A stretch of DNA of 64,000 bases, from the NCBI RefSeq assembly GCF_033153115.1, contig NW_026889751.1:30814001-30878000 (forward strand), given 5' to 3'. The DNA is from Saccostrea echinata (taxonomy: Eukaryota). This document shows positions 36,017 through 47,100 of the stretch, in pieces. Each line of letters begins with the position of its first letter. Positions within the stretch are counted from its first letter, which is position 1. The notes below the pieces were generated by a model. That model was not told the DNA's origin and searched no databases. It saw only the letters and a list, made by a program, of their open reading frames with translations. A program made the position numbers and the translations under genes.

Positions 36017-36596
36017 CCAGGAAACATTTCATCCAAAGCTTTTAGGAGAGTGGGGAAATGTTGGGAGAAAGGTTTCCGGGTGTCATTGACAACCAATATG
36101 TACTTTTTGGAGCTTTGTATTGCCACAGTGTACTGCATTTTATCCACACAAATTAAAATCTTTCTTAACGACAATGTATCTCGCAGCGGGAACTAAAATC
36201 ACATATATTGAAAGGAATAAATAATGTGGTTTAAATCAATGTTTAAGGGTAGAATTAAATCCATTTCTGATTTAAGTTCCTTTGTTTTTTGGATTCAATA
36301 TTTAAAGTTGTTTCCTGTCGACTTTCTGGAGGTTTGTTCATTTATGAATTATACAAAATTTGAAAGGAGAAATAACTACGGTTATAAGTACATAGCATAA
36401 ATCAGGTGCCTTAATTTTTTGCAGATTTCTCCCCCCATTTATAATGCCCTGTCGCTAATAATTCTTCTGTAAGAATAATGGTCAAACGTGACATTTTTAC
36501 AAGTATCATTTTTTTTACTTATATAAGAATGACCTCTCTCGAATTAAATATTCTTAAAGGAGTAACGGCAATACCAAAGAAACTCTTAGTTATGAT

Positions 36597-36842
36597 GAGA
36601 GGGTAGGAAATCTGACCCTGAGTGTCTGAGTGTAGGAAATCTGATCCTGAGTGTCTGAGTGTAGGAAATCTGACACTGAGTGTCTGAGTGTAGGAAATCT
36701 GACCCTGAGTGTCTGAGTGTAGGAAATCTGACCCTGAGTGTCTGAGTGTAGGAAATCTGATCCTGAGTGTCTGAGTGTAGGAAATCTGATCCTGAGTGTC
36801 TGAGTGTAGGAAATCTGACCCTGAGTGTAGGAAATCTGACTC
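36597..36842. repeat. 29-bp minisatellite, about 8 copies
   Basis: GTAGGAAATCTGACCCTGAGTGTCTGAGT. Confidence 0.95.
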
Positions 36843-38149
36843 AACAATTTAAAATAGTTGTAAGGTAAAAATCAACTTCACATTAAGTTTTACACCTCTT
36901 GCATTTCAATGGATATTAGGATTATTGAACTTTATACCAGTATAAACAATGTATAATTACAGAAGAAACGGTGGGCACTAGTTTGTAGTGCATATCTGTG
37001 TAAAAGGAAACTTCCAAAGGAATTCTTGACAAACATTTTTAAAGTCAATGGATAATAAGGCGTACACGTCCGGGGAATGTACTCACTTATGTAAATCATA
37101 TCTTGTTTATCTTTAACAAGAAAATAAACAGTTGAAGGTAAAGGAACCAGTTATTGTAGATAATTAACTGTTGGGCTTCTAGAGCGTTTGGATTTGCTTG
37201 CACTTAAGAAAAAAAAAATAGCCTATTTCGTTTAATGTGTTACTTACTATGAAAGCTATAAATCAATATCGAGTGCTTATCATTGCTATTGAGCTTAAGA
37301 TGAAGGGGGAATTAAGGGAATGACCTTGAATACAAGGTCATATTTCACTTTCTTTAAAGTCATTAACGAAATCACGGAATGGATTGAATCAGTTGGCACA
37401 TTATGATATCAGAACTTAATATACGTTGCCCTGTGGCACAATATAAAAACAGATGAAGACCCCTCATTTCATACTCAGTGAATGCTTTTGCTTGTTCATT
37501 ATAAACGTATTCTAGAGGTGGAAACTGAATCAAGCTTTTAATGATTGAGATAGATCGTGAACCCTTTAGCCTTGAGTGACGAAGCTCGAGCGATTCAGTA
37601 TATTACACCAAGACATGTAAATTTCATAAAGTTACCAGCTGTGCCGCCTCCATGATCAATCTTTGTAATAATTCAAAAAAGAAAGAATTTATCACTATTT
37701 GCTCTCTTCACGATTTTCATAGAAGATTAAAAAATATCTTTCTCTTTCAAACCATTTCATCAATAAAGCATGGTATAAACCCCTCAAAAGCTTTGACTAG
37801 AACATAGTTAGAATATATGCAGCAACTTAACAATTGACCCTACTATGAAACAAATTTAATTTTTTTTAGCCCTCTTTATGAGTCTCCATATTAGGTAACT
37901 TCCTAGAGCTCCTCCTAAGTCTAGCTGTGTACAACAGGCCACATTGTATGTACACAGATTATACACTTGATTACACAAGAGCACTATACACAGAGGGTAG
38001 TGCTAAAAAATTCAAAGCACCTACTTAGAAAGTACAAGGAAAATCATTTGATTCATAGAAGCTCGGGTATTTAAAGAAAAAAAATAGAAAAAAAAAACAT
38101 TTAAAAGGATACCTAATAATGATAGAATCATTACGTCAACATTTTTACG

Positions 38150-38355
38150 TCACCCTTTGATGACTCGTGTCTACCTGATCAATATATAAGGTTCACGGTG
38201 GATGTGACCGATCAACAGGGGATGCTTACCCCTCCTAGGCACCTGATCCCAACTCTGGAATTTCCGGAAGTCGCTGTTTTATGCCCTCTTCACATTTTTG
38301 TATTGTAGATTTCTTTGAGATCGATCACTGTTCGTTATTTTCACCGTTTCCATTC
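38150..38355 (+). mobile_element. 3' end fragment of an abundant retroelement family; other copies at 48625-48735 (+), 50296-50455 (+), 57600-57700 (-)
   Basis: Shared GGGGATGCTTACTCCTCCTAGGCACCTGATCCC motif. Confidence 0.7.
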
Positions 38356-39566
38356 ACTATAATCCAGAGAAACCGTGGATAACATGCACATGTAGAGCTT
38401 CTGGTAAGTGCTGATCACTAACTGATCATTTACACCAGACAGACTTATAGAGTTTTTAATAAGATTTATAAATTACAAATGTGTCGACTCTTGGACAACC
38501 CCCTTTTTTCAAATGCATATTCTTGATACTATACTTGACATGTATATTGTATTTCATGGTCTCTTATAGTTTTTGTTGTTATATCACTTTTAGCATATAT
38601 GCAATTCACACTCCATATTGATACTGAGGAACAACTTTTTATTGCGATGCAGGATTCGCTTTCTATCAAGATTGTAAAATTATTTTGCTATGATTTCCAG
38701 CAGTATATATGCATATTATAACTCTCTTTCTGCCTGTCTTTCATTTTTAATTAACTTTTAATTTGGTTTTTGTGTATGGCACGTAGGTAATATAAATAAT
38801 GTAGAAGCGTAGAATTTTTAAAATAAAAAGATAAATGTGGTATGATTAAAACAATTTGATACTTATAAATACTCCACCATGTTCCGTGTATAAAAGTCTT
38901 CAAAGCAGAAAACGATAGTGAGTGATAAGAAGGCTTATTATTATAAATGAACAGAACCAGTTTTATATTATAAATAACATTCTTTAGATCTATGGGTTAT
39001 TTTGGTTATAACTGCTAGTACACGTTGAACATATTTAACTCGTGATTTAGAGTATTTAAGTTGACGAAGAGATGAAGATAACACATGGTTAAGTAATTAT
39101 AGTTGATTGTCTCTATGCTTGGTAAATAACCGAAAGAAGTAAACATGTCAGGTGTAAATATCCTCCTCCATTAAAAAGCTAATCAAGAAGTTTGAAAATA
39201 GAGAAACAATCTCTGCGTTTGATGTATCCCAATGTAGCTATCAACAAAATGTTGACTTTTTGGCTTCTTTTCTAAGTTGTGTAAGGATTTCCACACACAC
39301 GTATTAAAGTTTTTCAGAACAGTGACAAGAAGAAATGAGGAATATTAAAATTATTTGTAGAAAGTATGTCAGCCTAAGCGCTAAGTAAACGAATATTTTA
39401 TCTATCATTGCCTTAATGAAAACGAGTGAACATATTCCAACCTTTTCATGTTCTACCAAATCCCTCAAACTCTTATCAATATTTTCTTTCCACATGATAA
39501 CCTTTTTCCCAGTACTTTATTCAAACCCATTTATAACTTTTGGAGATATTATTGAGATATTTTTAA

Positions 39567-40310
39567 TGATACATTTATCTAAAATTTTGGATTAATAAGA
39601 TACAATATAATTTAATGTTACTATTTTATTTTTATGATAATACCCCGTACGTATACTTTCTAATGATACATGCAGTTTTTATGGATAACCTCCCATCTAT
39701 TTGATATACTTCTTGTTGTCTGCTGATATTCAAAATTACTGCCATTGAAAATAGAAAGCCTATTTAAGTGAAGTGTAAGTAAGGGATAGTAAAATCTGGT
39801 GATATTTCTGAAACACCGAATACCTCACCGTCTACATCGTACTGTGTGATACAAAATATAAAAAAGAAGAGGGATTCAGTTAAGGAAAAGAGTTTGTAGG
39901 CCTATCAAACTAACATTCAAAGGTCAAAGAGGGCTTGGAGAACAACACTTAGGGTAGAAAAATGGGGTTTCATTCCTCGCCCTACATGTACCAGCTCTTT
40001 CCCTCTGCCGAATTCCTGTCCATTTTTCAATATTTTGTCCTACATGAATCAATTATAAACAACGGGATACTCAGTGTTTCAGAAGTGTCGCTATTTTTGC
40101 AATTCTTTGATAATGAACATCTACAATAGGTTTTCTTTTTTCAAAAGCAGTCATTTTGAACATTAGTAATTATATAGGATTGAAGTATACAAAGAAAATG
40201 GGGAGTTATTCATAAAAACTGCATATACATGTAAAATAAGAAAGTAACAAGATTTGTCATTTGATAAAACTGATTTTAATCTATTAATATTTTATTTTAA
40301 AATATTTTGA
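39567..40310. mobile_element. TIR element; second copy in opposite orientation at ~45990-46852
   Basis: Internal inverted ATGCAGTTTTTATGGATAACCTCCC / GGGAGTTATTCATAAAAACTGCAT; core matches the reverse complement of 46370-46540. Confidence 0.65.
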
Positions 40311-41823
40311 AAAAAATATATATATTTCACGAACTTTCAGGGAACTCGATATCTTTTAAGATATCAAAGGAATTTATAGACAAAATCCAAAAAAAGATGA
40401 CTTCCTTTCAAATTTATTGATAGGAGTTTAACCTTATTGACTGAATTTCGGCGAAATTTGTTCAATAACTTACAAGGCAAATAGATATTAGACATTATGT
40501 CTTTTCATTCATCTAAAAAGAAACTGGAGAGTGATGTTAATTAATAGATAAATCTGGAAAAATAGAACATTTTAAAAAGCAAAAACATTGTTTTATATAT
40601 ATACCAGGTATTAAATTTGTCTTTTCAGAAGAAGATACTTAAGGAATCTTTTTTTTTTTAGTTTTGTGTGAGTTATTGGTGTGTTAATCACACAGACTTG
40701 TCATGTAGGCATATTTCATGAAGCGCGCTATGCTCAAAAGCACAAAAGATATCCTCAATGTTTGAATTATTCGATGCCCTATATCGTTACATTTTTATTA
40801 ACGTCTCCGTAGCTCATTGTGACGTCATTTTATCGCGAGTTTCTCCGTGCATATTTCAACGCGTGAGTAAACACGAAAATGGCATTCAAATCAATTTCAC
40901 AGTTGGCTCAGTAAAAAAAAAACCACAGCAAATGTAAATATTTGTGGATAAAACATTGTGGCTATTTCATTATCAGCACATTATATATATAAATAAATAG
41001 AATCGGTTTTCATGTAACAGATAATTTAAAAAATTTCTTAGAATTATTGCAAGGAATATTTTGGCTTTTAATGTTTCCTGTTGTGTTACGTGAACATTGA
41101 ACTCGTGATTTATAGGATCCAAGATTATGAAGATTTAATGATAACGGAAGGTTAGGTAATAAGTGGTTGTCTCTATGCCTGGTTTGTAGTATATATATAT
41201 TTATTTACATTTGCAAATATTTTTCTTAGATGAACCTATTGAAGAGGAAATATGTTCAATTCTGTATGAACTTATTAGGGGGTCAGAGGTCATTGCGTGA
41301 CCGAATCACACAGCAAGACGATATCTTGTCTACATATTTCTGTCACAGTGACACTGTTTCGGAACTTCTGAGCCGTTAAAGCGATGAAAAAGATAAAATT
41401 ATTGAAACATATATTTTTTTTGTTCAACAAATGATAATTATATCTTTCTTGGGTGTGAAGAATGTTTATAATTAGCCTAAAATCACGCTTACCTTTTTAA
41501 CCCGAAATTCCTTTGAAGGTATGTAAACTGAAGACGATATACCACCGCTTTTGACTTCATATATAAAGAACTCATACAATAATAGTAAGATTATTCTCAG
41601 TAACGATCATTGTTTTTTCATTACGAACAGTTATTTCCTGAACTGGACGGCTTAACATCCATGTAAATATTCAAATGTTGGAGCGAGGCGAACTCTGAAG
41701 AACAAACAGCTTCTAGGTCATTGCGCGTCACAACATAGCAATACGGCGGGCCGTTTGTGTAATAAATGCAGTTCTGCTCAGAATATTCGTCTCAAATGTA
41801 AATAAAAGTAATAAACAACAATG

Positions 41824-41945
41824 TTAAAAAGTTCACTGGGAAATGAACTTGGTTGGTACGTGATCAAATCTTCTGAGAAGCCCTTCGGGCTTCACAGGAT
41901 TTGATCACGTGACCAACCAAGTTCATTTCCCAGAGAACTTTTTAA
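41824..41945. repeat. Long near-perfect palindrome (~60-bp arms) abutting an assembly gap
   Basis: TTAAAAAGTTC-CTGGGAAATGAACTTGGTTGGT-ACGTGATCAAATC...GAAGCCC TTC GGGCTTC...GATTTGATCACGT-ACCAACCAAGTTCATTTCCCAG-GAACTTTTTAA. Confidence 0.92.
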
Positions 41946-42120
41946 NNNNNNNNNNNNNNNNNNNNNNNNNNNNNNNNNNNNNNNNNNNNNNNNNNNNNNN
42001 NNNNNNNNNNNNNNNNNNNNNNNNNNNNNNNNNNNNNNNNNNNNNNNNNNNNNNNNNNNNNNNNNNNNNNNNNNNNNNNNNNNNNNNNNNNNNNNNNNNN
42101 NNNNNNNNNNATGGCACTTT

Positions 42121-42159
42121 AATCCATAGCGCTTTCGCCTCTTGGCTCTTCAGTGGATT
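42121..42159 (-). ncRNA. Minimal type I hammerhead ribozyme
   Basis: Minus strand AAUCCA CUGAAGA GCC AAGA GGC GAAA GCGC UA UGGAUU: stem I, CUGANGA core, stem II, GAAA, palindromic stem III, UH cleavage site. Confidence 0.85.
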
Positions 42160-42374
42160 TTGAATATTGACAATAACAATAGCAACTTGACGTAATAACG
42201 TCGTTATTATGACGTCATAGTTAAAAGACAACGTCAAAAGTTGGCGCAAAAATTGTTCGAAGAAAGCGCCAAAATAAATAGACTTGACACTATAAATGAT
42301 ACATGTTTACACAATAATGATCAATAATTATAATATAAAAGCAATATTAAAAGTCATAGATGCAGTCAGAATAA

Positions 42375-43052
42375 TTATCTGTTAAGTTTAGGCTTAAATG
42401 TATCAATGAAATATTGTTCTTTGGCCCGCCGTAACTGTTCATTTTCCTGTGTAACTTTGTAGAATGGAAAGATACTAAACAATCCCTTGCCGCATTGGTC
42501 AAAGTGCTCGCTGCACGGAGTATTCCGAACGGATGGGTCCCGTATATGTTGCTTATGTACTCTTACACGGTCCGATATTTTATTTCCTGTTTGTCCAATG
42601 TAATGTTCTCCGCAACCACTGCAGGTCATGCAATATATGACGTTCTTTGATTTACAGTTCATGTTATGTTGAACTTTAAAATTCATTCCGTTTTTGAATG
42701 TGATTGATTTTCCGATTTGTAGGAAATCGCAAGTTCCACAGCGCGGATCGTCACATTTGGAAACCATAAATGTTTCTTTTGAAGAAGTGAATTTGGCTTT
42801 TGTGAGGATTTTCTTCAAATTTGGTGGCTGCCTTCTACTATAAATTAAATCCTTCTCCTTAATAAGGTCGTTCAGATTTTTTGATTGTAGAAGTATTGGC
42901 AAACACTGTTTCCTTGTTTTGAAGACGTTATGATTTTTTGGATTATGAGTGATAACAAATGGAATTTTGGTTTGTATATTTCCGGGTTCATTCTTTCTGT
43001 TTACTTTCCGAAGTTTTGTTATTGGGATTGATTTGGCCTGCTTTATCGCTTC
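42375..43052 (-). CDS. Penelope-like element polyprotein C-terminus: linker Zn-knuckle plus GIY-YIG endonuclease (5'-partial, open into the gap)
   Basis: IPFVITHNP, YSRRQPPNLKKIL, CDDPRCGTC, NVIYCMTCSGCGEHYIGQT, R-x3-H, E-x-YFI-x-TF-x-P-x-LN; frame stays open for 50 more codons up to 43052. Confidence 0.92.
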   Translation of the reverse strand, partial: EAIKQAKSIPITKLRKVNRKNEPGNIQTKIPFVITHNPKNHNVFKTRKQCLPILLQSKNLNDLIKEKDLIYSRRQPPNLKKILTKAKFTSSKETFMVSKCDDPRCGTCDFLQIGKSITFKNGMNFKVQHNMNCKSKNVIYCMTCSGCGEHYIGQTGNKISDRVRVHKQHIRDPSVRNTPCSEHFDQCGKGLFSIFPFYKVTQENEQLRRAKEQYFIDTFKPKLNR

Positions 43053-43544
43053 NNNNNNNNNNNNNNNNNNNNNNNNNNNNNNNNNNNNNNNNNNNNNNNN
43101 NNNNNNNNNNNNNNNNNNNNNNNNNNNNNNNNNNNNNNNNNNNNNNNNNNNNNNNNNNNNNNNNNNNNNNNNNNNNNNNNNNNNNNNNGTGTGTTTCTAC
43201 TCCCCTATTAATGGCTTATCAAGAAGTGTGTTTGATAGCCATGATGTTTAAAAATTTTTTTAATTTCTTGAAATTGCATAATTATGGTCCAGAAAATAAG
43301 TGCAGTCGTGCCTTAGGAAAGACAGTTTCAGACGTCTGTGATATTGTTACGTAATGCACGTAATTAAAACACGCAGCATGGAGATTGAGTGACAGCTAGT
43401 ATCCCCAGATAGCTATCGAAGCACTACACGATGTTTTGGCTTCTTTTCAATCTTGTTTTATTTTTTTTTAACACAGATAAGTGGAATTCAGTTTCAGCAC
43501 CAACGAGAAGTCATGAAGGATAAAAAAGTTAAAAAGTATATGAA

Positions 43545-44165
43545 AAAAGGTGAAGACAACAAACAGTGATCGATTTAAAAAAAAAAACAAACCTCCAAAC
43601 CTTTGATGAGGTAGACAGAATAATCTGTTGTCAAATTTAGCATAAAAACGAAGGCCTTGCGATTAGTGTGAAATATGTCAATCAAAGTACGACCCATAGA
43701 TTTTACGAAATGCTGACTTTAAATGAGGTTGTTGTAATACCTGTAATATCAACGTATTTGTCAGTAGCCTGCCTGGGTTAAAAAAATTGATCGTAATTAT
43801 AGCGTGCTCTTGAATATCAAATAACTTGAAAGACATATACACCATACGCTGGTGATGGTGGAATATTCCTACATATATAAGGAAAGTTGACGATGGAAAA
43901 GCTGAAGTCATCTCTATGTCATATAATTTAGAAACAGATGTGGCAGACTCTGTGGTGTCTTTTATTTCGTGTTCACTGGGATATATCAAGACGACATATG
44001 AATGGAAGTATCTATTGTTAATTGATAAAACGTTGTCAGCATATCTAAATAAGGCAACAACAAGGTTTCTTGTTCTCATGAAGAAATTTTTGAATAAGTT
44101 TTGCTTCAAAGGAATATAAAAATAGGTAAAAAAGGAGCACAATTAGTGCCCATGGGAATTCAAAC
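43545..44165 (-). mobile_element. Decayed Penelope-like RT fragment
   Basis: ORF 43678..44142 FRYADNVLSINNRYFHSYVVLIYPSEHEIKDTTES (degenerate RYIDD motif); LKSAFRKIYG. Confidence 0.75.
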
Positions 44166-47100
44166 AGATCTTAAATAAATAGGAAGACTCAGATGATAGA
44201 TCACTTCTTTTCAATTTCTTTAATTTTATTGATTGAATTTTGGTGAACCTATTTTGTAATAAAGTACAAGGCAAATATTTCCTCCTGTATAGATATTGGA
44301 CATTAATTTTTTAAGTCATCTAAAGAGAAGTCAGAAAGAGAGTTAGATTAGAATCCTAGCTGTATTGTTAATCAAACTTTTCTGACAGAAGATCAATATA
44401 TAATATGCATTTCGGATCATTTATTATTATTCTAGGCTTTACTATTCACATGAAGCTTCAATGAAGACGTGTCTCACATATCTCCTGATTAAATCTGAGA
44501 TCATTGTCCACCTTTAAAAAGAGATTTCTAAGATCAAAGAGTGAATTGCTAGCTTAGAACATTGTTATATAATAATATCATATTATTAACCCCAAAATAG
44601 GTCTGTTTGTTTTCTGCCTTCTGGAGAATTTTCACTCATATTGAGACACCACCAATTGCCAGTGGAAGGCAGTAAATTTTAGACCTGTACCTGAAACTTA
44701 CGATCATTTAGCAGTGAGGGATCTTTTTTGTGCCAACATAAAAGAAGATTGAAGAAGTATATGTTAGATACCAAGGCTCAAGGCCAGAAGAAGATATCTA
44801 AAATATGTCTTCTAAAGAACAATATGCAACTGTAAGACAATATCATGGAGAATAACAATCGCATCAATTCTTATTGGCTTTGGCTTTCATTACTAACTTG
44901 TAAAGATATTATATTTTAAAATTTAATTTGTTAGATTTTTTTTAATGCTTAAATTTCTGTTTATAAAATATTTTTACTGAGAAGATACCGATGCCAATTT
45001 TTCTACATTAAAAGCAAGATAAACGATTACATTTCTACACATTAAAAAATACATATATATAGAAAGTTTATTAGAAATAGTTATATTTCTTTATATAATT
45101 TTCGTTATATTTAATTTTGGAAACAAATTAAATTCACTGCAATGTTAGGTTTGTAGTAATCACATTAAGGATTTTGTTTGGGATAATCACCTTATCTGTA
45201 AGATATGAACTTTTTAACATTCTTTTTACCCATATCTACATCTTTTCAAACGGAGCAAGCACCTGTCTGACTCTGAGTATTGATAACGAGGCACCAAGTC
45301 AAGGTGGGAGAGGGTAGTTCCAAACTCTGAACTGATCAATCCTTTTTTCTTAGAAAAAGAGGAAACCTCAGATTTGAATATCTCAATTCCATAACGAATA
45401 AATTAACCAGGTTTCTCCACAGTTAAATTCCTTAGCGCCACAGTAAAATCATTAGCACCACAGTACGATCACCGTCAATCAGGAAGATAAATGTATAGGT
45501 TTAGAAATCTCAAAATGAACCTCGAAATTATGTACTGGTTTTCAGTTTCTAATGCTAAACCGTTAATTTAGTCTAATTAAGGCCAATTGTTTGACTTGCT
45601 CAATCAATCATCTTCTAAACCTCGCTGGACTTTACGCATGAATGAAAAAAGACAAGCCATTTTTTTTCACACTTCCCGGAAATTGCAAATTGAATTTTTA
45701 ATATTAATTTTAAAATTACTTAGCTTTACTAAAGATAACCGCAACTCTGAAATTCTATTGCCACTTTGAGTCACACATCGTACGTGTATCAAAATCATTT
45801 ATTGATGTAATATCGGAAGATCCATCAAAATAGTATCATATGACTTCTTATGTGTTTTTTTAATTAACAGGTTTTAGATACTTCAGTCAAACGGAACCAA
45901 TAACAAATATATAGATAAAAGCTTGATTGTGTGACCTACCAGAATTTCCTTTGTCCTTTAATGGACACTGTTAAGATGTATTATTTATTTTTTATAAGTA
46001 AAATTATTTAGTATTTTTTATAAAAAATATCAGCGTTTAAAATTTAATGTTTCGAGAAATTATTGAGACTTTTTTCGTGAATTGTTTTTCAAATTATCTT
46101 AAAAAAAAAATATTTATAGCTTTGAATCAGTTTTTTAAAAATGATAATACTTGGTACTTTCTTATTTTATATGCAGTTTTCATGAATAACACACCGTTTT
46201 CTTTGTATACTTCCGGTCGATTGCTGATGTTCAAAATGAGTGCTTTTGAAAAAAAAAGAAAGGATATTGTAGACGTTTATTATCAAAGAATTGCAAAACC
46301 AGTAATACTTCTGAAACACTGAGTATTCCACTGTTCACTATTGATTCACGTGGAACAAAATATTGAAAATAGAAAGGAATTCGGCAAAGGGAGAGAGCTG
46401 TATAATAGGGCTAGGAATGAAACCCCATTTTTCTACACTTAGTATTGTTCTTACTGAGCAAATATCCAAGTCTTCTTTGATCTGTGAATGTAAGCTCACT
46501 AGGCCTATAAACTCTTTTTCTTTACTCAATTCCTCTTTTTTAAAAAAAAAAAAAAAAATATTTTGTTCCACACAATACAAAGAAGACGGTGAAATATACT
46601 CGGTGTATCAGAAATATCACCAGATTTAACAATTCCTTACTTGTACTCATGACTTAAATGGGCCTTCTATTTTCAGTAGCAGTAAGTTTGAACATATATT
46701 AGCAGACAACAGGGGGTATATTTAATAAATGGGAGACTACCCATGAAATTTGCATGTATCATTAGAAAGTACGGGGTTTTGTCATTCAATAAGATAGTAA
46801 CATTAAATTATATTTCATGTTATTAATTTAACATTTTAGATAAATGTATCAAATAAAACTTCACAATAATTTTTAAGGTGGTATTACTGGTATTATTATT
46901 TACAGATTCTATTAGCTAATACAGAGTATTTGTTTATTTAAAAGTACGTTTGTAGGTTGGTGTGTGTCTGTGTGTGTGTGGGGGGGGGGAGGGGGGGGGG
47001 TCACAGTACACATATATTGAAAACATTCTAATTTTTGTTTTGCTTTTGTTAAATTCGATATACATTCATTGTTTTTAATTAACATTGAATTTATTTTTTA

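Larger units (their letters stand above)
42111..43052 (-). mobile_element. Penelope-like retroelement 3' portion (ORF plus pLTR/UTR), flanked by gaps
   Basis: GIY-YIG ORF followed by a hammerhead-bearing 3' region. Confidence 0.9.
36900..45380 (-). pseudogene. Decayed LRR/Toll-like-receptor-like pseudogene(s) with internal duplication and TE insertions
   Basis: Blocks at 39050-39560, 40400-40560, 41090-41190, 43200-43540, 44220-44500, 44740-45000 and 45130-45380 are paralogous to blocks at 53.9-60.3 kb. Minus-strand remnants include YLPSIETINYNYL, HVLSSSLRQLKY, MSNIYTGG and KGFTIYLN. Many stops and frameshifts. Confidence 0.5.

Noticed and set aside
35923-36196. Overlapping ORFs on both strands
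   Set aside because: By-product of the long palindrome; no recognisable protein features.
36590-36847. 85-aa repetitive ORF or CRISPR-like array
   Set aside because: Translation of a 29-bp minisatellite; no spacers.
41909-43354. ORFs containing runs of X
   Set aside because: Artefacts of translating through N gaps.
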